From assembly GCF_000143415.4 (NCBI RefSeq), contig NW_003314281.1, positions 484,833-548,832 of the forward strand: 64,000 bases of DNA, read 5' to 3'. The position numbers and the translations under genes were made by a program. The stretch's first letter is position 1, and the number at the start of each line of letters is the position of its first letter. The notes below the pieces were generated by a model. It saw nothing but the letters and a program-made list of their open reading frames with translations. It ran no database searches and was not told where the DNA came from. This document shows, piece by piece, positions 45,480-56,882 of the stretch. The stretch comes from Selaginella moellendorffii (lineage: Eukaryota; Plantae; Lycopodiophyta).

Positions 45480-47885
45480 ATGGATTCGAGGAACAGCGGA
45501 AAGTTTCAAAGGGCACTGTCTGAACTTGGAGTCTCCATTCAAGTTCCTTCTTCCGGCTCTGCTCTCGCTTCTCCACCTTCAAGCACTAGAACCCCCAATA
45601 CCAGTGAGTTGTGGTTGGTTTTTTCCCCACATCCGCCCAAGCCTTCAGCTCCAGAGCTGCAGCAGCTTTCCACTTTTTTAAAGTCTTCAGCTCCAGTGAA
45701 AAGGTATAATTCCCGATCACCAGAGCAGCTCAATCTGATAGCTTTCAGGCTCGCAGTTCTTGAAAAGTTCGCCACTGGCCTCGGGAAACTGGCCTTCGTC
45801 TGGGCAACTGTTGTTCTCCTCGGTGGATTCGTGACCAACATTCAGGCCAAAGACTTTTGGACGATCTCGGCCTTGCTGCTGACTGAAGGAACGCGGGTTT
45901 TCAGTCGAAGTAGCGAGTTGGAATGGCAGCAGGCAAATTACAGCTTGGGAATTCTCGGCTTCAGATCGTTCGTGTTCGACAAGAGCGCCAGATTATGGGA
46001 GAAGTTCTCTGGAGTCTTGGACCATGACCACTCTGAACAGAACGTTAGCAGAGATCGACTTTCCAAAACACCAGTAAAGAAAGATTTACACCAAGGATTC
46101 GCTGCCAGAAGAACTTCGTCCGCCACCAGGATCATTAGCCTTTTCATGTACTTCCTCCAGCTTGCTTCTGCAACAGTCACCATATGTTTCTCAGTATATC
46201 GACTTGCCGACAATGCCCAAGGAAACAACACTGAGCACGGCTTCAATGCCCAAGGAAACAACACTGAGCCCCAAGGAAATAACACTGAGCAAGCACTTAC
46301 GGTGTTTTACGCGATGATGCTGGCAGAAACGTCGCTATTCCTCCTGGAGAGAGCATATTGGGAATTCAAGCTTCGTTACCAGAGGTTGCTGGAAGTAGTC
46401 ATTCAAACAAGTGAGCCTGATCAAGTCGACATTGAAACCATGAAGCAGTACTGGTACACATTGTACTCACGATCGCTGAACGGAAGCGTGTTTGATGGCC
46501 TGGGAATGGACCTTATCGATTTCACCGTCGAGAAGCTGCAGTCAAGCATAAGGGAAGAGCAGCTCGGTAGCGTCAAAATACTGTCAGCTCTTGTCTCAAA
46601 AGGAGATTCAATGGAAGAAACGCAACGGAGGATTGGTACCACGCCCGGAGTTGTGGAGAGACTCTTAGAGATGATCACCTGGAAGGATCTTAGTGAGGCC
46701 GAAATCAGGAAAGCTGCAACCATAGTAATCAAGCACCTGGTTCGTCACAGCCATAACTGCTTCAGGATTTCCGCTATCCCTGGATCCCTGGAGGCCATCA
46801 CTGCTCTTTTAGCCGCAACAGAGGAGGAAGTGCTAGAAGTCCTCAACAGGCTAGCCGTGGATTACAGGACATGCGTGCGAATCGGTCACACCAGCGGACT
46901 TATCTCCATCCTGGTTGAATTTATCCAAGACGAAGAAACATCGAAAGAAGTATTCCGTCAATCACTCGAGCTTTTGAAGACATTGGCTAACGTGCGAGGA
47001 GATTCTGGACGGTCACTGCGAAAGAAGATAGTGTCGGTAGTGCCAGCAGTAAGAAGTCTTCAAAGGATATGCAATCTCGAAGATTTGGAGCTACAAGACC
47101 TGGCAGTCGACGTGATCAAGCTGCTAGCAACCGAGGACGAGCTTAGAGATTGCATTGGTGCGACTGGAGGAGTTATCCAAAGCTTGATGGCCATATTTGC
47201 GAGAGAAACCGCACCGAACAGCGACCAGTTGAGCATCGCCATGAGAGCCGGGGAAGCCATAATTGTGCTCGTTTTCAAGTGTCCCAACAATTGCTCGAGG
47301 CTCCTCATGCACAAAAGCTGCAGACAAGGTGGCGTTAGCAAGACCCTCAAGAGCTTGATCAACATGCTCACCAAGCCAGTTGGAGTCCATGCAGCCACAA
47401 TTTTGCGAAGCTTGTGCGGTGACCTTAACGACGAAGAAAAGTTGGAGCTTGGAGCAGCCATATCTCCCATCATCCAGATGGTGCTGGAATCCACGGACAA
47501 GGAACAGCAGGCAGCCATCGGTTTGGCAGCAGCCATAATCCCCTGGCTCGACACACGTAACTTTGAACAAGGCGTGCTATCGCAACAATCACGGCTTTGC
47601 GAAAAATTCACAGAGCTTCTATCCCACACAGCACCTTCTAGGAGCTTGAATTGTATCCGGCGATATACCGTAGAGCTTCTGAACAGCTTGATGGCAAAGG
47701 ACGCCAGGTTCTTGCGACGTTTTAGAGAAGACGGTGAAATGGAGGCGTTCCTGGAAGCAATGTCAGCGACTGCCTCAGACGAAGAAAACTTCTTAACGTT
47801 TTCGGGTTTTGTGGGACTTACCAAGCATTCCAGCAGCCTCGAGGAGCTCGTCAACAGCGCCCTATTGAACTTACACAGGCTGTAG
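45480..47885 (+). CDS. 4TM-ARM-repeat protein, copy 3, 801 aa, open frame
   Basis: Uninterrupted ORF colinear with 516-2972, differing by several frame-preserving indels. Confidence 0.85.
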   Translation: MDSRNSGKFQRALSELGVSIQVPSSGSALASPPSSTRTPNTSELWLVFSPHPPKPSAPELQQLSTFLKSSAPVKRYNSRSPEQLNLIAFRLAVLEKFATGLGKLAFVWATVVLLGGFVTNIQAKDFWTISALLLTEGTRVFSRSSELEWQQANYSLGILGFRSFVFDKSARLWEKFSGVLDHDHSEQNVSRDRLSKTPVKKDLHQGFAARRTSSATRIISLFMYFLQLASATVTICFSVYRLADNAQGNNTEHGFNAQGNNTEPQGNNTEQALTVFYAMMLAETSLFLLERAYWEFKLRYQRLLEVVIQTSEPDQVDIETMKQYWYTLYSRSLNGSVFDGLGMDLIDFTVEKLQSSIREEQLGSVKILSALVSKGDSMEETQRRIGTTPGVVERLLEMITWKDLSEAEIRKAATIVIKHLVRHSHNCFRISAIPGSLEAITALLAATEEEVLEVLNRLAVDYRTCVRIGHTSGLISILVEFIQDEETSKEVFRQSLELLKTLANVRGDSGRSLRKKIVSVVPAVRSLQRICNLEDLELQDLAVDVIKLLATEDELRDCIGATGGVIQSLMAIFARETAPNSDQLSIAMRAGEAIIVLVFKCPNNCSRLLMHKSCRQGGVSKTLKSLINMLTKPVGVHAATILRSLCGDLNDEEKLELGAAISPIIQMVLESTDKEQQAAIGLAAAIIPWLDTRNFEQGVLSQQSRLCEKFTELLSHTAPSRSLNCIRRYTVELLNSLMAKDARFLRRFREDGEMEAFLEAMSATASDEENFLTFSGFVGLTKHSSSLEELVNSALLNLHRL

Positions 47886-48313
47886 CTTCACCTTTTCCAA
47901 AAAAAAGAGCCTCGAATGTGTCATGCTATCAAGAATAAAATACACGTAAACTCTGAAAAAGAAAGAAAAAAATCAATCAACATTCAAAGAAGAAGAAGCT
48001 TACTTCATAGGAGATCCGAACTCGCAGCAACTTCGCTTACGCAATTGTAATTCACTAACAGAACTCTAAATAGGAAAGAAAACATTAATCAACACGAAAA
48101 ATAAAGCTTCCTTTACTTCATAGAAGATCTCCTTTCTGAAATTGTGGTCACCACTCCACGCTGTTTTGAAACTTTCCAAGCATAGAGTTCGTACTTTTCC
48201 GCTGTCACGAAAGTTATATTATTAGAATCAGAACCACGAAGAGGTGAAATACAAGAAGTTTCAGGAGCAGCAAAACCTTTCAAAGGATATCATCCACCGC
48301 TCGAGTTTGTGAC

Positions 48314-48680
48314 CGACATGAAGAAAGACTTCTGGAACATTTCCATCTTGCTGTTGACTGAGGGAACCCGACTTCTTGGCGGAAGTAGCGAGCTGGACTG
48401 GCAGGAGGCAAATTACATGAATACTCTCAACATCCGCTCGCTCGTGTTCGACAGAAAGCAGGCGGCTTTCGACCATAATCAGCACCCTGCACAGAATTCT
48501 AACAGTGTTACAGTTCAATTAAGCAGGATTTATACCAGGGAGTTGACGCCATGGTCTGTGGGAGTCAGGATCATCAGCCTCATTTTGTACATCCTTCAAC
48601 TACTAGTCAGTGTCCCGAGGCACAAAAGGAGCTCCTCGACAACTTGATGGCAAGGGACATGAAATTCTTAGCTCGCAAAG
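48314..48680 (+). pseudogene. 4TM-ARM relic 3
   Basis: MKKDFWNISILLLTEGTRLLGGSSELDWQEANY...RIISLILYILQL followed by ELLDNLMARDMKFLARK. Confidence 0.75.
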
Positions 48681-48797
48681 AACTTGTTTCATTTCCACCA
48701 TTTGCTTTTCTATACACGCAAAAAAGTGTTTAAGCTCGCCATCACCTAGCACAAAAATCACGCTCGAATATCACATGAAATGCCAAGGCTCTGTACC

Positions 48798-49464
48798 TCA
48801 ATCTTCGATCAGTACGTCGTCCTGAAACACGTGGGTAGTGTGATCCACAACCTGCAACAAAAAAAAGGAGAAAACATAAGTCATGGTAACTACAAGCTCG
48901 ATCGAATGATCTTACGTTGGTGTCACTGAGCTCCAAGTTGTAGAAGACCATCGAATCTCGATCACCAAAGAGAGGACCAGCGTGCCAAGTTCCTTCGTTT
49001 AGCTTGATGAAGCGAGGACCATCTATCTTGAAAACCTGGACGCTTGCATGAGAGGGAGGTAAATAGTAGTGGCCACCAGCGTTGGATCGAACAGCGCCCT
49101 CGTGTTGCGATGAAGGATCCACAATGCTGGGAGGAGAGACCGCCATGTACCAAGGATGAGCTCCCACTGATCCCAGACACTGCGTCACCCTGGCGTGATG
49201 CGTTATCCTTTTGAATCGCAGCCCCGTTTTCTTGAGCTCCATGAGGTAGAGTCTGCGCAAAGGAACCATCACTCACTCAATCACTACCGAGCCGCTGGAA
49301 ATTTCGGCCACATTTTGCCTGCACTACCTGGGAATCCCATTCGCGAGATTGAGCTGCGCCTCTCCCGATCCATACTCGCATCCGTCGCCGATCTTTCCCA
49401 GGAGCTGGCCAAAAGGCCTGAAGTTCTCCTCCGTGACCGGCACTGCTCGCAGCTTGAGCCCCAT
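48798..49464 (-). CDS. Intact ureidoglycolate lyase/hydrolase-like protein (AllA/Dal3 cupin fold; At2g35810-like), ~175 aa; exons 49464-49328, 49252-48916, 48851-48798
   Basis: Spliced product MGLKLRAVPVTEENFRPFGQ...AQLNLANGIPR/LYLMELKK...ITHHARVTQCLGS...KLNEGTWHAGPLF...FYNLELSDTN/VVDHTTHVFQDDVLIED*, with canonical GT-AG introns of 75 and 64 nt. Confidence 0.88.
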
Positions 49465-49517
49465 CGAAGAACCCTAGCCCTGGCAATATCGCCCAGCGCA
49501 GGAATCGAACTCAGCAT

Positions 49518-49576
49518 AGTCAACAAGGACAAACCATTCAACGGTCAATGGGTCAACGATGGTCAATTATGGTCAA
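49518..49576 (-). promoter_or_regulatory. Five clustered W-boxes (TTGACY) upstream of the intact ureidoglycolate-lyase-like gene
   Basis: RGTCAA at 49518, 49543, 49551, 49561 and 49571. Confidence 0.55.
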
Positions 49577-49922
49577 CAGTGTCCAAACGACATCTATCCG
49601 CTACGGGCACTGAAACTTAAAAGCGTAGAAAGGATATAAGCTATCGTAGCAGCGAATGATGGCCAGAGAAACTTAAGGGACAGCAACGTTCTTAGAGTTT
49701 TTCTCATTTTCTTCGCTTTGTTCTTGGTTGTGGGTTATTTAATCTTTGAACTGGCAATGCAGATGCCACGGTACGAGTTTAAGATGCCGTCACGAGGCAT
49801 TTACTATCACTGTGAAGTACGTGAAGGAACTTACGGCAATATCTCAACATCCTCGTAAGCTCTGCTATAGCGACAGTCTCTTTAGAACTGTGGCACCCTC
49901 TTTCGCGAATCACATTTGGGGA

Positions 49923-49930
49923 TGGCAGTG
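49923..49930. other. Empty hAT target site (single TGGCAGTG)
   Basis: The flanks of hAT copies 1 and 2 are joined here around one copy of the 8-bp target. Confidence 0.9.
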
Positions 49931-51057
49931 GCAGCAGTGTTCAGTGGCAGTCTGCCCTGTCCAAGCTTTGCTTTCGTTACGCCACTTCGTAGTACTACTC
50001 CTCGAGCCAGCGCAAGGTTCTTAAGTATAAGATAGATACATCACTACGTGAGAAGGAATACTCCAGTTTTTTCTTTTCCACCACCTAAACCTAGTAAGTG
50101 GCAAACTATAAGACCTGGTTGAAAGGGAGAGTTCTGCGCAGTACACACTAAAAGATGGCCATGCCGCGTGTTTGAAGCCGACTTTTCTCTAGGCCTGGAA
50201 GAAGAAGCTTTAAGTTTATGGAGAATTTATAGAGGGGGAGCAAGAGTACGAGATACAACAGGTTTCTATATACTATTATTCCCTTCCACGGCTGTGCGAT
50301 AGTTTGTTGTGCAACAGCAGAAAGGGCTTTAACGAGACGAAGAAAACAGTCTTGTGTGTGTCAGATCATTGTTGTCAAACAACATTGATCGATCTGGAAT
50401 CGCAGCACTAGTGCCAGATCGCTCCATTTTCTCGTCTGACCGTTTGTCGTGTGAAAGTTTTGGCTCTTTGAAGTTGCTCTCTCCACTCATCTTCACGGAC
50501 AGCAGTGATTAGCTCCTTTCTTCGTCTTCTTCATTGATTCTTCTTCACTTTCTTCTCTACTTTTTCTTTCTTCCTCCTGTGTAGTTCGTGCTGCTTCTGT
50601 GGAGAGCACCAGCCCAAGCTATACCACAAAGTCCATCCTACTGTAGCGATAGTCATCAACAGTATAGTGGTTATGTTCTTGAGAGATCCTACCGCGATTT
50701 AACGAGCGAGAAAGGGAGTGATGTTTGCATGGCGGGACAAGCAGGGCACAGGTTTTTTAGATCTCTATACGAGTCTCTAGCTTCCTTTCGTTGAGGGGTC
50801 AAAAGATTCAAGCTTTGTTCTTTTCTCATGAATATTTTTTCTTGGTCCTGGTCCCTTGTGTGTCTGAAGCATCTATCTCATAGCTAGGAACATTTGCAAG
50901 AGACCAGCAGAGCGGAAAACATTGATTTAAAACAAACATCTCGTATATAACACCCAGCGTATTCTTCTCGTCCCAGTCGAACTTCATCCTGTGTTCTTCC
51001 CAAAGCTTCCACAGGCATTTTCTAGTTTCTGTTCTTCTTTTTCTTGTTGGTGGTGCC

Positions 51058-52323
51058 ATGCAGATGGGTCGATCTCCTTGCTGCGAGAAAATCGGTCTCA
51101 ACAGGGGTCCATGGACTCGTGAAGAAGACACGCTCCTCACGCAGTATGTCAACGAGCACGGCGAAGGGTCTTGGAGAACGCTTCCTAAGGCCGCAGGTTT
51201 GATCCGCCCAAATCTCATTCCACTCCTTGTCTCTACATTCTCTGAGATTTTTCCTCGTGGTTGCTAGATTCCCTCTAGACAAGCCATGTTTGCGTTGTAG
51301 CTAGTTAGAACGTCCCTATTCCCTTATATACTCCGTTCAAGCTTGATGTTTGCAGTATCTTTGTCGTAACTTGCAGCATTGTCAAACAAAGCACTCGTTT
51401 TTTGATTGATTCGTTCGTGAAGTCGCTTGAAGTGGTCAGAAGGCTCGTGCTATCATAGAAACTCCAAAACTTTGATTTTCAAGTTGCATCGTTTTAAACG
51501 ATTAGTGTGATCCTTGCAGGACTCCGTCGTTGTGGGAAGAGCTGTAGGCTTCGCTGGATAAACTACCTGCGTCCCAATCTCAAGCACGGAAACATCACCG
51601 AAGAAGAAGACGAGCTTATCGTCAAACTCCATTCTTTACTGGGCAACAGGTATGGTAATATATCTCCCGTATCTTACATCTTTTCTTATATATTTTTCTC
51701 ACATAAGTATGTTTATGGTCCCCGTGATCCCTCTCACTCATCTCTCACTCATAAATCATAGGTGGTCTAAAATAGCTGCTAGGCTCCCCGGACGAACAGA
51801 CAACGAGATCAAAAACCACTGGAACACACATCTCAAGAAGAAGCTACAGGGCATGGGAATCGACCCAAACTCGCATCAGCCGTTGGATCAGCCCGGCGCG
51901 TCCGCCAACTTTCCACCCACGGAGAGTAATGAGTCGTCGTCGCCATGCAGCTGCCACCAGGACGAAAGGGTGGCGAAGCTGGCCATGGACGACGGCGACA
52001 AAGCTCAAGTTGTAACGCAAGAATGTTCGTCAACGCTGCAAGGTGGTGTCTTGCTTCAACCAGTCAGCACGCGAGTCAACCACTTGATCCAGTCCGAGCA
52101 CAGCTACTCGGAGATATCCGATACCGCTGACAGCAGCATCGCCCTCAAGGATTATTTCTTTCCGCCCGCTTTCTACTGCGATGCCACGGGCGATTCGAGC
52201 TTCATCATGGACTCGTTCCACTCGGATATGTCGTGGGACGTGGAGATTGTGAGGCCCATCGACAGCAGCGGCGTGGAAGGATCCAGCATCGTCCCCGGCA
52301 ACACCGATCACCTCTGGTTCTAA
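51058..52323 (+). CDS. R2R3-MYB transcription factor, ~274-276 aa; exons 51058/51064-51196, 51520-51649, 51762-52323
   Basis: MGRSPCCEK...GPWTREED / [19 protein letters not shown]...LLGNR / [34 protein letters not shown]. Canonical 133-nt and 130-nt exons with GT-AG introns. Confidence 0.95.
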
Positions 52324-55307
52324 ACGAGTTGAAATCCTGTTGACCTCATAAAAGTTTTAAGAGAAAGCACGCGTACTTAATGCCTTCTACCCGGCAACGT
52401 CAAGGTTGAAAGTATCAAAAACACGGTTTTGCTCCGAGTGGTCCGAGAGGAAGACAAACAGCCGTAAAGGTGGCTAGCCCCACACTGAGGGTCAGCTCAG
52501 AATTTTCATACCATATCGTTTTCGCCCAGTCTTACTGATCTTCTCTTTTCTGTGGACGTATTAAACTAACGTGGCGGATCGGTCGAAAAAGAGCTATTGT
52601 TGTGATTCATGAAAAGCTAGCGGAGAGAATCTAATGCGAATGCGAATGGATTCCCAGAGTGGATCGTCGATCAGGCATGACTCGACAAAGGAGGGAATCA
52701 TCTTCTCAAAAAACTTTTTTCCAGCTTTTGGGCCTGCTTCTCTAGTGGTTGCAATGGGGGCGGCTTACGTGCCACACCGCCTTTGCGCACAAAAGGCTTT
52801 GCTAAGTGTCGGTGCGGAGGAATGAGAATTATAGCATTTTGGGTTATTAAAATATAGTGTGCGGCATGGGCTTGGCATTGTGGCTGCAATTTTAATCATC
52901 ACAAAGTATTGATCACCAAAGCATGATGCATGCAAGGTAATCATGGACGAAACAGCCCTCGATCTCCTCTAAAGCCAGCAATGCGAACTTGCCAAGAAAT
53001 TCAATGTTTATATGAAAACGCTGCAATACACATACGGAACGAAAGAATCAAACAGGTACAAGCATTTTCTTCAATTGATTTAGATTTCTAAGAATCATAT
53101 ACTTTGCAAACTGGCCCAAGCAACATGTATCGATGGCAACGACATATTATCCGTTTCGTTTAGCGTTGAGTAACCTGGGAATCTTGCCAAGGTACACACC
53201 GACAGTGTAAGCCTCCAGCCCAACACGATGTGTATGACGCCAACTTACGGGTATTTTGATAATAATTCTGGGGTTGACAACTACGAGGTGTCGGCCGAGT
53301 TGAATGACGTTGAGTTGCCTCCCACAAGACAGGAGAGCGAGATGGAGAACTTGTTTCTATTATAAAGCAATAACGTGATAACCAACGAAGCAAGCAACAT
53401 ACTGGGAATCTAGATCATATCAAATTCATATTGAAGGTTGTATTTGGCATTCTATCTACATTGTCACTACGCTACTTGACTTGTTAATCTGGCACACCCA
53501 AGGAATGTTTGCGGGACTGATTTCTTCATGCGAACCACTGCAGCTTTTTGCACAGGGGTCTGCATGTTCAACATAAGGCGCCTTGAAGAGAATGCATTGG
53601 AATGAGAGAATGAGTGTTGAACGTAAACTTGTCCCAGATGTGAACCGGGATGAGACAACGCGATAAAAGACATGCAAGAACATAAAATAAGGCCCCTTGG
53701 GGAAGGTAGTGGTGTAAGTTTCAAGGGTCCTTGTGGTGACTGCATAACATTCGTGGGCGGATAGTCCAATCTTTCTAAGTGCATGTTAACATCACCAATC
53801 GCCCGGTCACCGAGCTGGGCTGCAAAGAGAAAAGATCTTCTTGCTTATGTGAAATTTCTTGGAGCTATTTTGTCCACGGGTCCGTGTTAGATAGCATGTC
53901 TATTCACGTAGAGTAGGCGCTCAAGGGCCTATTGCCAGGACCTAGTCGCTCTAAAACCGGGAACTGGAGGCGAAGGAGGAGAAGTGGAATCTTTTGAAGG
54001 TTTGAAAAACACTAAAGTTTGGAATGGACAAGCTCACTAGCGAGCGGCTCGAGCAACAAGGGAAAACAACAAGCGAGCTAGCAAATTACTCGAGCCGCAT
54101 GCTTCGATTACGTTCAGACAGGAACGCATGCCTCCCTGGATCATTGAATTATTCCAGTTCCCGGCCAGCGCAATGGGAGATCAAATTGTCGTACTCTCGA
54201 GCGATCTAGGAGAGAAACTTTCAAACTTTGGGGAAGAATGGAACTCCTCCAAGTACCGTACAAGAGAGCATCAAAAAGATCCAGCAATGCACGCAATGCC
54301 CCACAATGCTGTCGCAAGTTGAGTACTGTTTGTCAAATATGCCCAAACATGGCATTTTGCTGATCACAGCATGACCAAGCACATCGCAATCAATCACTCA
54401 GGTTGATCCAAGGGCCAGTAGCACAGTGACAACCCGGGGTCCCAATCTCGATCAAGCCCAATCTCGCGATTCACCGATGTGATCGAGAGGTTCACACACT
54501 TTCCCAGCAAAGCCAATCATGGAAACTATATTGCCACCACCTCCGTGGCGAAGTGTGCGTGAGCAAGAGTCCTCTTGCAATACATCCCGGGTGATGTAAA
54601 CCGCATCATCACACAAGGAGCCAGCAAAGTTTTTATTCCACATCCATCAACAAACCCACTTCGATTTTAGTTTAGACAACTCAGAGCTTTTGTACAAGAA
54701 AACAGCACTAGAGCTTCCTCCTTGGAATGCCCAGCTAAAAGATCTTGAATGAAACATCATGTAATTGTCGCCGACGAAACAAGAAAACACAAGAAACGAC
54801 CACTACCTTGAGAACTTGAGATCAAAGATCTTGCCAGAGCTCCCGACCCATCGAATCTGTGTCTCTCATTGAATTCTCTGCTTTTAAAGTGTTCCATCTA
54901 TTGTGTGTAGCTTGCAACTTGCAAATGCACAAGAACATGACCAAAAGATCTTCAGTCTTGTTTTGTTACCTCCAGCCAACTTGTTGCTGTTGTTTTTGTG
55001 AAACGTTGCTTTGTTGCTTTGGGAGATTTTGGGTTTTCCCTCCTCCCTTTAGAGCTGTGTTGTATCTATCTACGTAGACGTATGTAATGACCCACAGGCA
55101 GAGACGAGCGTGAAATGAAAAACCGTTAGCAGCAGTATTGGTTGATCGCCCGGAGATTGATCCTCGGTGACTCCACAAAATCGTACAATGTACAGGGAGG
55201 AATTAAAGAGATCTTGGAGACGAAGAAGGAGAAGAAGATCAAGGACGAAAAGATAGAGGGAGATGGTTGCGTGAGCGAGCGAGAGGGGTATATATGTATA
55301 TACACGA

Positions 55308-56882
55308 CTAGCAAAAGAGGAGCTCGTCGTGGAGGAAGTTCACCTGAGTGGCAGCAAGCGAGGAGGACGAGGAAGAAGAATTAGAGGGGGATGTGGAGGC
55401 GATGATCATGGGGAGGATCCCATCCGCGACTGGAAGGGGAGAGGAGGAAGGTGGCACCACTTGCGTGGTGGAATTGGATGCGAATTCTGTGAGACCATCC
55501 CACAAATCGGATTGGCACACGGAAGAACAGTCGGGGAGCTCGATCTTTCCCAGCGAGTCCCAAAACTGATCACCGCTACAATCCTCCTTGAACAAATCCC
55601 CGCCGGCGACGATCACGTCATCCTTTCGCAGCAGGAAATCGTCGATGAACTCGAGCATCTGGACTTGACTGCGCAGCTGGAATTGCTGCTCGTGATCGTT
55701 CCAGTCCACCGTGTGTTGACTGGTGCTCACAAGCGGAGGAGCTTGGCCAAGATCCTGGGAGCTGCTGGCGGTGTTGGATTTGGAGATTGTTGTCGGCGAA
55801 TCGCAGTTGGAGGCGGAGGCGGAGTGGGAATTGGAGGGCGAGGGCGACGGAGAATAAAGATTGAAGACCGAGGAAGGCGATGGGTAGTTAAACTTGGTGG
55901 TGTTTTGGAGATCTTGCTCTCGCTCTTCTTCCTGCCCCACTGATAGCGATGATGATTCTGTGGCTCCGTCACCAATTTTGCCTGCGCCCAAAACAGGGGA
56001 GGCACTCTTCTCCTTGGCAAGGTCCCCAAGAACAGGCATTTTGCGTTTCCTGTGTAATCGAGCACACACTTTGGGCGGTTGACACTCTGTGCGCCGGTCG
56101 CGATCGTCGCAGGACTCCTCGCATGAGCCAGTGCTGTAGGAGCTCGTGTCCAAATCCATGGTCGTCTCCCACGCCTCCTGCGGATCATCGCCCCTGCTAT
56201 GGCACGAGGGGGAATTGGAGTTGCCATCCCCCTTCTTGGTCGGGGAATTGGGCGAGGATTTGGCGACGAGGGGCTTGTGGGTCTTTGGATCCAATCCCCG
56301 GCTGGCCAGCTTCTTGCTCAGGTGCGTGTTCCAGTAGTTTTTGATCTCGTTGTCTGTCCGCCCGGGCATCCGAGCTGCGATGAGCGACCACCTGCATTCA
56401 TCAAAACCGGGGAATTGGGGATCAAAACACGATTTTGCAAAGAGCCCAGATGCGAGCGCGGCGCGATCACGGTGCCCAAGCGCACCGATTTCGCTGCCGC
56501 CACCGCATCGGATTGAATCGGGACAGAATTGGTGGGTGGTGTATCACCTGTTGCCCAGCAGAGCGTGTAACATTATGATGAGATCTTCTTCGTCCTCCGA
56601 AATGTTGCCCCTTTTCACGTTTGGTCGGAGGTAGTTCACCCATCGCAGCCGGCAGCTCTTTCCACAGCGCAGGAGTCCTGAAGAGAGGAAGATCGAAGAT
56701 CAGAGATCACACTTTTTGGAACTTTGGAAGAATTCAAATCTCGACCGACCTGCGGCTTTTGGAAGTGCCCGCCAGTTGCCTTCGCCGTGCTGCTCAATGT
56801 GCTTGGTGAGTAGCATGTCTTCTTCCGGCGTCCAGGGACCTCGATTGAGTCCAACTTTGGAGCAGCAAGGAGCTCTCCCCAT
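55308..56882 (-). CDS. R2R3-MYB transcription factor, ~448 aa; exons 56882-56750, 56677-56548, 56391-55308
   Basis: [22 protein letters not shown] / [19 protein letters not shown] / [37 protein letters not shown]. Canonical exon sizes and a long Ser-rich, acidic C-terminus. Confidence 0.95.

Noticed and set aside
51788-51807. miR858-like target site in the MYB R3 exon
   Set aside because: The match falls in the conserved GRTDNE codons and has mismatches. There is no evidence here that this organism has the miRNA.
52400-55300. Short ORFs between the two MYB genes
   Set aside because: No recognisable domain or consistent exon structure could be supported.
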